This document shows, in pieces, positions 53,497-64,000 of a stretch of DNA of 64,000 nt (positions within the stretch are counted from its first letter, which is position 1; every line of letters begins with the position of its first letter). Source of the stretch: Octopus sinensis (Eukaryota); NCBI RefSeq assembly GCF_006345805.1, contig NW_021831838.1, positions 724 to 64,723 of the forward strand, given 5' to 3'. The translations under genes were made by a program, and so were the position numbers. The notes under the pieces are model-generated. The model did no database searches and had not been told where the DNA came from. It was given only the letters and a program-made list of their open reading frames with translations.

Positions 53497-53715
53497 AAGA
53501 TGGCGAGCTGATAGAATCGTTAGCGCGCCGGGCAAAATGCTTAGCGGTATTTCACTCGTTACTATGCTGTGAGTTCAAATTTCACCGAGGTCGACTTTGT
53601 CTGTCACCCTTTCGGGGTCGATAAAATAAGTACTAGTGAAATACTAGGATCAATGTAATCGACTCATCCCTTTCCCGCAAATTGTTGCCCTAGTGACAAA
53701 ATTTGAAACCATTAT
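53497..53715 (+). mobile_element. OR-like SINE monomer within (TTA)n
   Basis: GGCGAGCTGATAGAATCGTTAGC...GAGTTCAAATTTCACCGAGGTCGAC...CCCTAGTGACAAAATTTGAAACC. Confidence 0.85.
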
Positions 53716-53765
53716 TATTATTATAATTATTATTATTATCATCATCATCATCATTATTATTATTA

Positions 53766-53806
<41 letters not shown>

Positions 53807-54430
53807 GTAATAATAATATTGTGTAAGGCAATCAAATAAACATTCTGAATAAAGGAAACCTGGTTGAATCAAATCGAAACGACAGCTTGCCGTTTGTTTC
53901 TCTTGTTTCAATAGGGTTCTGTCTTGTTCATGCTTTATAAAAGGTCCCCCACCCATGTCTTGGAATATGCATGTGCGCATATATATGTGTTCATATATGT
54001 ATCTGCAAATAGACAACCACATACATATTCACAAAAAAATTATGTATGCGTGTATGTACGTGTGAATGTGTGTTTGTGTTTGTGATGTGTGTTATGTACG
54101 GGTGTATGTACTAAAAAACAAAACGAGCTTGTATGAATATTGCTGCTGTAAACGAATGCTATAAACAGGGTACTATTTTTACTTATTAGCTGAATTTATG
54201 TGTTTTACCGTCGCAAACCCTTTGGATGAACACATAGGAGCTTCTAGCAACTTTTATCGCAATTTTTATCGATGAAGTCAATGAAGAAAAAGCTCAATGA
54301 AAAACAGACATAAATTGGAAAAGAAATTCAACAAAGCAAGCACGATATATCTGTTGGTCTGCTTTGTCGAAATTGCTCAATTCCGTGAGTAAATCGAGAA
54401 CTGATTCTATAAATTGTAATGTGTAAATGA

Positions 54431-54476
<46 letters not shown>

Positions 54477-55398
54477 AAGATCAGTTTCAATAATTCTGAG
54501 ATATTTAAATCTGTTAAATTCATTTCACTGCCGTTTGTTGTGGAAAAAGAAGTTCTCGCTTAAGACAGAACGGTCTTTGAAACACCATAGACATCTCAAA
54601 ACGATCTCTGTTGGTCTGGTAGATACATTTTGTAATCTTTAGTTCTCTTCAGCATCAGTCACTAAGAGAGGCAACTCTGAGATAACTGGAATGCTTTGCT
54701 TCCTTTACTGCAGATTAGTCAATATTAATGAAAGAGAGCACACATCATGCCAGAACAAGTTCGTAAGTTGGTGCATGAGGCAGTAACGGAAAAAATACAA
54801 CCTTAAGGCCAGTTCAGATATGTTTGAGAGATATTTGAACCTGTAAATGCCTTTCACTGTAGTTTGTTGTTGATGAAAAAGTATTTTTTCTAACGACTGA
54901 AAAATTAAAAAATAAGAAATTGTAAACAAAATACGTTAAATGACGATAGAAAGTCACACACTCGCACGCGTGCACACACACACAAATCTACACAAACGTC
55001 CACCCACAAACATTCACCCACGAACACAAACAGACATATAAGCGATATAACTTTTTATGGTGTCAAAGAACAGAGTGAGTGAGTTAGAAAGTAATACTTA
55101 TTGCAACAACTTATGTTAACTGTTTCTTTTTATCTCCCCTTTTTTTTATGAGATCACTCATATATTTTATTGAATATGAAAACTATTAAAATAAAGTCGA
55201 TAAATTAAAAAAAGCAGAAAAAGAACCCTGTTTAAAGGAGCTATTCTATGATTAAACAACATTCAACCCGATATCAAGAAACGTTGCTAGCCATTTTTGA
55301 AAAAATAGCTTCAACAAATAGCTTAATACTTGAACATATACATACGTACATACACTCCCCCAACACACGCATGCACACTCACACTCACATGCAGCATG

Positions 55399-55435
<37 letters not shown>

Positions 55436-55484
55436 ATAAATATATAAGAGAGGCGGAAGATGGAAGATACGATAATTTTTATTA

Positions 55485-55564
55485 ATCCCTACAATTGTTT
55501 CGACCCATCCAGCAACAACTGGTTCTGGAGCATCCGACAGTGTAGATGTGTTTCTTCGGGTGAT
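55485..55564 (-). ncRNA. Degenerate type I hammerhead motif
   Basis: Minus: ATCAC-CCGAAGA-AACACATC...GATGGGTC-GAAAC-AATT-GTA-GGGAT (U4C core change, two stem II mismatches). Confidence 0.55.
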
Positions 55565-56104
55565 AAATAGATATAACTCGTTAAAATAACAATTCCGCAA
55601 GGTATCTTCTCGGTTCGTGTAAAGAAAAGCAGCAAATTAAAAGATATAATTTCATTTATATAGAAGATCAATAATAAAAGAAATAACATGCAAAAAAGAA
55701 ACCAATACAGCGAAAAGAGTATTAAATATAACCTTTAACGGATATGGATGTATAAGCGCCCTCGCTTATACGTTCATAACTGCATGTGTGCGTGTGTGTG
55801 CGTGCGTGGGTGTGTTCATGTGTGAGTGTGCGTGCATGTGTGTGTGTAGGTGTGTGTGTGTGCGTATATGTACGTACGTATATGTTAAAGTATTAAACTA
55901 TTTGTTGAAGGTATTTTTTCTAACGGATATCATCCACGATGATGTAAGCATACGCACACCTGTGGTTTGGTGCATATATGTTCACATAGCGGATTAAATA
56001 GTTAGTTGGTGTTTATAAGAATGGATTGGTTATGGCTAAATTTAATTCATCCATACCTCAAAGTGAATTATGATTAATAATTAACGGTTAGTCAAATTCA
56101 TTCC

Positions 56105-56249
56105 CACAGGCATGGGTGTGTGATAAGAAGCTTACTTTCCAAACACATGGTCCCGGGTTCAGTCCCACTGCGTGGCATCTTCGGATACTATAGCCACAGG
56201 CCGACCAAAGCCTTGTGAGTGGATTTGGTAGATGGAAACTAGAAGAAGC

Positions 56250-56297
<48 letters not shown>

Positions 56298-56395
56298 GTG
56301 TGTTGGTGTGTGTGTGTGTGTGTGTGTGTTATGTGTGTGTGTGTGCGTGTGTGTGTATACATATATGTGTGTAGTGAATTTTTTGAGGTTTGGTT

Positions 56396-56426
<31 letters not shown>

Positions 56427-56640
56427 ATAAATAATTTTCAAAGAGATGAAAGTGCTAGATAAATAATTATCAAAAATCCTCATTACCTCCTTTTTTCTTT
56501 GTATATGTGCTTGTCAACCGGTTTTAGTTTGTCTAAGTTCCCGTAACTTAGCGGTTCGTTAACAAGAAACCGATAACATAATAAATAGCTGACTTAAAAA
56601 CAAGTACTGTTGTCGAATTTGTTCGACGTAACTAAAACAT
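56105..56640 (+). mobile_element. CORE-like SINE (5' half 56105-56250, 3' remnant 56500-56640)
   Basis: GGTCCCGGGTTCAGTCCCACTGCGTGGCATC...GGCCGACCAAAGCCTTGTGAGTGG. Confidence 0.75.
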
Positions 56641-57509
56641 GTGAAAGCTAAAACATAATCTGCTTACAAAAGAAAATGGAAAACAAGGCAAGTAATACAA
56701 AGGACGACTCTTCGTCAGTTGTCGACTGTTTATCTACTCCCCATGAAGACAGTTGCTCCCATAATATCAAGATATAATTGGATTTATGGAGGGTCAAAGT
56801 TAGGAACAAAACCAGGACAGTGGAGACATACAGGGAATCCGAACGAAAACTAAAATGGAGGGGCGTTATACTTGAACGATGGGAAAATAGTGAATTATGG
56901 TAGAAATATTTTCTTTGAAAAGAGAAATGATAGAAGACGGTCTAGTCCTTAGAGCGTCCGTATAGGGAAGAAAGATGGTCACGGCCATCCTACTAAATTC
57001 TAGTCGGTCGAAAGTTTCCCAGGGTGACAGAATGTAACATGAATGTATATATCATCGTTTTCTCGGTGTCTCCTTTTTCCTTTTCTTTTTCTCCATTTTC
57101 TATCATTTTATTTACTTTTCCTCTCTGATGAAGTTCCACTATACAAATTGATTTAAATAATTAATTTATCAATTACAATGATAATGATTATTATTATTGT
57201 GGTTTGTTAAATCTGGAAACGGCGCTAACAGAAACAGCTGGAGGAGGAGATTCTGTGTTTTATATTTAATTAATAAATGGTAGTTGGTGTACATCATTAT
57301 CATTATCAATTTTATCTCTATTTGTTGTTTTCCTTGTTGTTTTGCCCAGGGTGTCATATATTTGGTTTTGTACTTACTGTTGTACTAGTGAGTGTCTAAA
57401 AAACCATACGAATATTGTTTGTTTTAAAACTTGAGATTACATAGAAAGTATTTTGCGTAGGATATGAGCAGTTCCCATGAGCACCTTTTTTTTTTTTTTT
57501 CTTTTTTTA

Positions 57510-57600
57510 CTTGTTTCAGTCATTTGACTGCAGCCATGCTGGAGCACCGCCTTTAGTCGAGCAAATCGACACCGGGACTTATTCTTTGTAAGCCCAGTAC

Positions 57601-57602
<2 letters not shown>
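57510..57602 (-). mobile_element. 3' tail of CORE-like SINE
   Basis: CTTGTTTCAGTCATTTGACTGCAGCCATGCTGGAGCACCGCC. Confidence 0.85.
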
Positions 57603-57657
<55 letters not shown>

Positions 57658-57697
57658 TATCATTATCATCATCATCATCAACATCATCATTATTATT

Positions 57698-58369
<672 letters not shown>

Positions 58370-58686
58370 TCATTAAAAATAAAATTAATAATTTTAACGC
58401 ATGCGTGCACACACACACATATGCATACACATATAATAAACATAGTTATATATTCTGAGTATTCCAACGGATCAGACTGTATTCCTGTATTGTCCCTTTG
58501 TGTACCCTGATGATTTTCCATCCAATGTATTTTGAAATGCAAGACTATATTTTTATATGTTCTGTAGTTTTAATTTTGGTTGTGAAATGAAACAATTTTA
58601 GATAAATATGTTAATTAATTAACAAATTAATTTGTATCCATATATATATATATAATCAAAATAAGCAACAAGGATATCCAAAGGTA

Positions 58687-58776
58687 ATGCAGTACGATCG
58701 TTTCATGCGACTTCATTTAATTAAACAATGCAAGTATTACATCAGTTTTAAAATGTAGAGCAATCTTCAGCTGCAT
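58687..58776 (-). ncRNA. Type I hammerhead motif (left arm, minus strand)
   Basis: Exact reverse complement of 58985-59074. Confidence 0.75.
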
Positions 58777-58984
58777 ATGGAATTTTTTAGTTAAATTGAA
58801 AAGAGTCATTTTTATACTTATTCCATTTACCAACATCACAAAGAGGGTAAGTATATAGACATTTACTACCATGTTTCTGTTAATGAGACTGGTCTCTCTC
58901 TGTCTATATACTTACCCTCTTTGTGATGTTCGTAAATGGAATAAGTATAAAAATGAATCTTTTCAATTTAACTAAAAATTCCAT

Positions 58985-59074
58985 ATGCAGCTGAAGATTG
59001 CTCTACATTTTAAAACTGATGTAATACTTGCATTGTTTAATTAAATGAAGTCGCATGAAACGATCGTACTGCAT
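58985..59074 (+). ncRNA. Type I hammerhead motif (right arm, plus strand)
   Basis: Stem I ATGCAG/CTGCAT; CTGAAGA 58991-58997; branched stem II closed by TTGC/GCAT; GAAAC-GATC-GTA 59057-59068. Confidence 0.75.
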
Positions 59075-59329
59075 TAGTTTTGGATATCCTTGTTGCTTAT
59101 TTTGATTATAATCACCCCATTTTGAATTGTATGGATAATACCATACCAAATTCTGGTACCTTTAACTTAAGTACCATATCTAACTGAATCTAAATTTTTA
59201 CTGAACTTATAATATAATATATATTGATAGAAATGCCAAGGCAACAAAAGAATGACAGAGACCTCGATGTTATGTAAATAGAGGAATTTATCTTTAAACA
59301 CAATACGTGACAATTATTCGGTAGCCATG

Positions 59330-59388
59330 ATAAAACTCCGAGTTTCGGATGTCAGGGCGGAAACCCACGCCGGCATCTCTTCAGTTAT
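59330..59388 (-). ncRNA. Type I hammerhead motif in a PLE-like segment (59230-59390)
   Basis: Minus: ATAA-CTGAAGA-GATG...CATC-C-GAA-ACT-CGG-AGT-T-TTAT; the flanking family sequence recurs, truncated, at 51300-51400. Confidence 0.65.
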
Positions 59389-59682
59389 ATATATATTCTG
59401 TTGTATGTTTCAGCACTAAGGCTGCGGCTATGCATGATAAATATATATATGTGTATATCTTTGCGTTTGTCCCCGACCACCACTTGACAACCGGTGTTGG
59501 TGTGTTTACGTTCCCGTAACTTAGTGGTTTGGCAAAAGAGACCAACAGAATAAGTACTAGAGTCGATTCGTTCGACTAAAATTCTTTAAGGTGGTGTCCC
59601 AGCATGACCGCAGTCTAATAATTGAAACAGATAGTAGATATCAGATGGTATATATATCAGTAAGTACACAAATAGGTTAAGG

Positions 59683-59757
59683 TTCACTACAGCTGTTTCA
59701 GACGTGTTTTTGTTTTTGATGAACAAATCAATAAAAATGTCCGTTTTCTTCAGTGAA
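59683..59757 (-). ncRNA. Degenerate type I hammerhead motif
   Basis: Minus: TTCAC-TGAAGA-AAACG...CGTCT-GAAAC-AGCT-GTA-GTGAA (one C short at the stem I/core junction). Confidence 0.55.
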
Positions 59758-60429
59758 AAAAAATTTTAATTCAAAATTTAACATTTAAGATCAGGCTCAT
59801 TACAAACGTATGTTTTAACTCCCTCATCTCGGTGACTATCAGAGATGCGTTTTGTAGTTCATTGTTTTTGCGAACCTGGACCGTTTTCACATTTTACTCC
59901 AGGTTCTCTCCTCTCCTAATAGCTTGTCTAAGCTTTTTCAGTGTCTAAATGTACTGATAGCAGCTCATGGTACTCAAGATATCACACACACACACACGAA
60001 CACACATACGCGCACACACACGCACACACTGATCATCACGGAGCTGAGGGAGGCAAAAGATATATTCATTATGAGCCTCATCTTGTATGTTAGGGAAGAC
60101 TGCGTAGTGGATGTACATGTATATTTCAAGGATTATTGCCCTTTTTATCAGCACCTCATCTAACCCATCAACTCTCCACGAACACAACGCTTAAACACCT
60201 ACTAGGTTCAGCGGTGTAACACAATTAGATAGACCAATTTGCATACTAAACACATTCCCGGCAACTGGTACACATATATTAACTGATGGCCGGGTCACTG
60301 TATTTCATTTTGCAATTATAATATAGAACCAAGTATATTATAGGTTCGCTACTCAATATTGAGTTTTAACCACGGACCGACCATAGCCTTGAAAGTGGAT
60401 TTGGTTGACGGAAACTGAAAGAAGCCTCT

Positions 60430-60463
<34 letters not shown>

Positions 60464-60465
60464 GA

Positions 60466-60507
<42 letters not shown>

Positions 60508-60518
60508 TGTATTGTATG

Positions 60519-60571
<53 letters not shown>

Positions 60572-60959
60572 TAAATATGTGCGTGTGATCTGTTTTTCCC
60601 CACCATCACTTAACAAGCGGTGCTGGTGTGTATACGTTCCCATAACACGCACACGCTGATCATCACCGAATTGAGGAGTCAAAACATATATTCATTACGT
60701 GCCAAGTATATTATAGGTTCACTATTCAATATTGTGTCTTAGCAGTGCGATATTTCCATTTGAAGTTTATCTCTATGAATTTTTCTACCGAATTCAGAGC
60801 AAGAACGACACACGCACATAGACTGATAAAGAACGACACGCAAACGCCCAAGGACAAAGACAGAATAACGCACAAACACAGACAAACGTATATACTTATA
60901 CACACACACGCACGCACACACATACACACAGGCACGCACACGCACGCACACACAGATAG

Positions 60960-60996
<37 letters not shown>

Positions 60997-61477
60997 TTTA
61001 TATGGTAAAATAAAAACTGTCAGATATTGTAAATACATGTAGGGGCACGCATGCACTTACATTACTTACATTACTTTATTCTGATGCATCTGGATATTGA
61101 GTTCTAACTCCAGGTTATTAACATCGCTATGCTTAATCGAAATATTAATGTTAGTGGTGCGTATGTCTGTGAGTGTATGTATGTGTGTGTGAGTGTGCGT
61201 GCGTGCATGCGTATAAGCTTGTGTCAATACATGTGAATATGTGTATATACATACACACATACGTACATAGATACATGTATACACACACACACACATATAT
61301 ATATATATACACGTATACATACGTGCGGAAAGTTGAATACACTTGAATACACATACGTATGTAAATATGGATTCACTCATCTACACATACATACATACAT
61401 ACATACATACATACATACATACAACACACCACACACACACACAACACACACACACACACCATATATATATATTAAAT

Positions 61478-62420
61478 ACAAAATGGGACAAGAACGCAAA
61501 AGATCCAGACAGTTATATGATACATAAAAGGGGACAGCAAAACATCGGATAGACGATACATAGAAAACAATGACGGGTCATTCAGAGTTTTCTTTCCTCA
61601 GTCGAGTTCCACATTATCTTCCCAATTTCGGCTGGTTATACTCGAGATTGCTCCAATCTGACCAGCCCCAAGGAAAAGCTAAGCTAAGAGCATTAGATTC
61701 CTTAGAAGAAAGCAGCGCATGTATACAAAAACAAGGACTGGAAAAAAAACGGAGAATGTTACACAAATACAAATAACAGGACATAAAAACAGGTGTCTTT
61801 CGACTAAGGACGAATTAAATTAAGCTGGCGTGTGTGGAAGTAAAGCCTTACGGCAGAGATACAAGATTTCATAGGCACAGGGAGGAATATAGATGTTGCA
61901 CGGACGGCGGTCGAACCAAGAAAGAAAGGTCAGGCTTGGCCGAACACCGGTTACGTGGGGAGAGAAGAGAGAGAGGTAGAGGCAGAGGGAAAGAAGAAAT
62001 AAGGAAGGGCGAGAAAAATGGCAGAGACACAGTGAAGTGAAAAGAGGAGGGAAAGTTAGCATGAAGAGAAGGCAAGAACATGTGAGAGAGGGGGAAAGAA
62101 AGAACGAAGTATGGAATGAACGAAGTAAGTGTGAAAGGGCTGATAGAAAGAAGGAAAGAATAAACGAAAGGAAGGAAGAACAGAGTCGTACAAGATTTAG
62201 ATAAATATATACTTACATATAAGAGACCAAAGTGTACGTACGCCGCTATATATATAAAATACAAAATGGGACAAGAACGCAAAACATCCAGACAGTTAGG
62301 TGATTAAAAAAAAAGGTGACAACAAAACATCCAGATAGACGATACAAAGAAAACAAGGACGGGTCATTCCCAGTTTTCTTTCCTCAGTCGAGTTCCAGAT
62401 TATCTTTGCAATTTCGGCTA
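61478..62420. mobile_element. Two copies of one dispersed repeat (61478-61960 and 62255-62420), probably PLE-related; third fragment at 51500-51600
   Basis: AAATACAAAATGGGACAAGAACGCAAAA...GACGGGTCATTC..AGTTTTCTTTCCTCAGTCGAGTTCCA is shared. Confidence 0.6.
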
Positions 62421-62428
62421 GTTTATAG

Positions 62429-62462
<34 letters not shown>

Positions 62463-62526
62463 ATATATATATATTATTATATATATATATGCGTAAATAT
62501 TCGTATGTGAGCACACACACATAGAA

Positions 62527-62986
62527 AGAAGTAATATTTATCGCCGCATCAATATGGCTGTTGAAGCTACTACCGTTTTTAACCCCAAGAAGAGCTTCTT
62601 CCAGCTGGTTATCTATGCAATCTGTATCCGGCATATATTGCAAGCAGGGGAGCTAAACCCTACCATCTTTTATCATACGACGGGATCACCAGACCGAACG
62701 GTTTCGGGCTATTTGTGTCCATCATCAGTGGTGAACACCCGGCCGTTAGAAATAAGAGGAATTCGCTCCAGCTCGCAATATATAGAAAACCAAACGACTA
62801 TTAGTCACTGACCTTGCAGCAAGCAAAGCAGCGTGTTAGAAAATCTCTATAAGAGGTGAACGTAGAAAATATACTGAGAAGTAATGTTTATCCCCATATC
62901 AATATGGCTGTTCGACGTTACTAATATTTTTAACCCCAGGAAGAGCCTCCTCGTGCTGGTTATCGATGCAGTCTACACCCGGTATA
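62527..62986. repeat. ~110-bp direct repeats (62527-62635 / 62875-62986) bracketing an HHR
   Basis: AGAAGTAAT.TTTATC.CC..ATCAATATGGCTGTT...TTTTAACCCCA...GAAGAGC...GCTGGTTATC.ATGCA twice, about 350 bp apart. Confidence 0.85.
62682..62740 (-). ncRNA. Well-formed type I hammerhead ribozyme (GUC)
   Basis: Minus: GGG-TGT-TCACCA-CTGATGA-T-GGAC-ACAAATA-GCCC-GAA-ACCG-TT-CGGT-C-TGGTGA-T-CCC; predicted cleavage between 62692 and 62691. Confidence 0.8.
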
Positions 62987-63031
62987 AAGATTTCCTAACT
63001 AGCTACTTTACTTATATATATACTACTAAAT

Positions 63032-63214
63032 GAATATTTGAGACAATATGACGACAAAAAACAGTTCCCCATACTCTACCAACATGGAGGCAACCTGGGT
63101 CAACTTCACATCCGCATTTTATCCAAGCGCACAAAGGACCTAACACTCAGACAAATACAGAAGTGCATCCTCATAAATGAAACTTACCCAATACTAAATA
63201 GGAAATATATATAG
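63032..63214 (+). pseudogene. Penelope-like GIY-YIG endonuclease C-terminal fragment
   Basis: Open frame EYLRQYDDKKQFPILYQHGGNLGQLHIRILSKRTKDLTLRQIQKCILINETYPILNRKYI*, matching the PLE EN tail pattern IL...R(Q)..E..LI...P.LNR. Confidence 0.65.
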
Positions 63215-64000
63215 TAGATATCATACCACCATACCCACAGTTTACACAAGCAGAGTAAAATAGTTAGTGGGCTGTTATGGAGATTGATGTATGTGTGATT
63301 TTGGGGGTGTATGTATATATATGTATATGCACATGCATGTAAGCATATGGATATGAAAGTAAACAGATTAACATACAGATGGATAGGTACATAGGTTATG
63401 TGAACAGACAATCACACATACACAAATGAAGATGAAACACATGACCATATATATGCACACACTTAACTTCACAAAAGGACAATTATGGAGATGCAAATCC
63501 ATACATACAAACACGGTACATAGTTGCAAAACATACATACATACACACACAGAGATACTCAGACATGCACACACAAGGAGACAGACGTACACGCACACAT
63601 ATACAAAAACACACTCACGCACACACACATACATAAAAATACACAAACACAGACACGCAAGCATGTATATGCAGAATACATACATACAAATATACACACA
63701 TACATATATATATACATATGCACACACACATACATGCATACACACATGCATACATACATGCATGCATGCATGCATACATACATACATACATACATACATA
63801 CATACATACATACATACATACATACACACATGCATGTATAGACACACACAATAATCCACACACATGCGCACAAACAAACAAAAAGGAACGCAGTGTGAAT
63901 AACGGACAGAGTCAAAACTATTGAAAAGGCTGCAAAACGCAACGAAAATTTTAGAAAAATAAAAAAGAAAAAGTCGAAATTTTTACCGGTGAGTGTGTTA

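Larger units (their letters stand above)
58651..59110. repeat. Fold-back: ~210-bp arms (about 4 mismatches), 39-nt spacer
   Basis: 58651-58861 is the reverse complement of 58901-59110. Confidence 0.97.

Noticed and set aside
56700-56730. Isolated CTGANGA half-motifs (also 51160-51175 and 57125-57135)
   Set aside because: No downstream stem II-GAAA partner; probably truncated pseudo-LTR pieces, so not counted as ribozymes.
61590-61640. Type II hammerhead on the minus strand (GAAA...AAT-C/G...CTGAGGA), also about 62375-62420
   Set aside because: Stems I and II do not pair convincingly in either copy.

Overview
Animal non-coding DNA, almost certainly from an octopus: it is saturated with the tRNA-derived SINE families typical of Octopus and with (AT)n, (CA)n, (ATAC)n, (ATCT)n, (AG)n, (TAA)n, (GAT)n and (GAA)n tracts. 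I recognise no host protein-coding exon, rRNA, true tRNA or CRISPR array. Almost all entries in the ORF track are translations of microsatellites. The coding-like remnants are dead mobile elements: two Tx1/L1-like 3' ends, an R4/Dong-like fragment, a CR1-like 3' end, RTE-like relics, two mariner pieces and a Penelope-like (PLE) GIY-YIG C-terminus. There are also hAT MITEs with 8-bp TSDs and a Helitron-like element. The most striking layer is RNA-structural: about a dozen type I hammerhead ribozyme (HHR) motifs of several architectures, read by hand, on both strands, in PLE pseudo-LTR-like segments. Several lie in or beside long fold-back inversions; three large fold-backs each abut a (TA)n tract. 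The best case is a 460-bp hairpin (58651-59110) carrying two identical, opposed hammerheads. The PLE-HHR link is established knowledge; the specific families, the fold-back pattern and any activity here are unverified. All alignments and folds were done by eye, and repeat boundaries are approximate unless a TSD or arm end is quoted.
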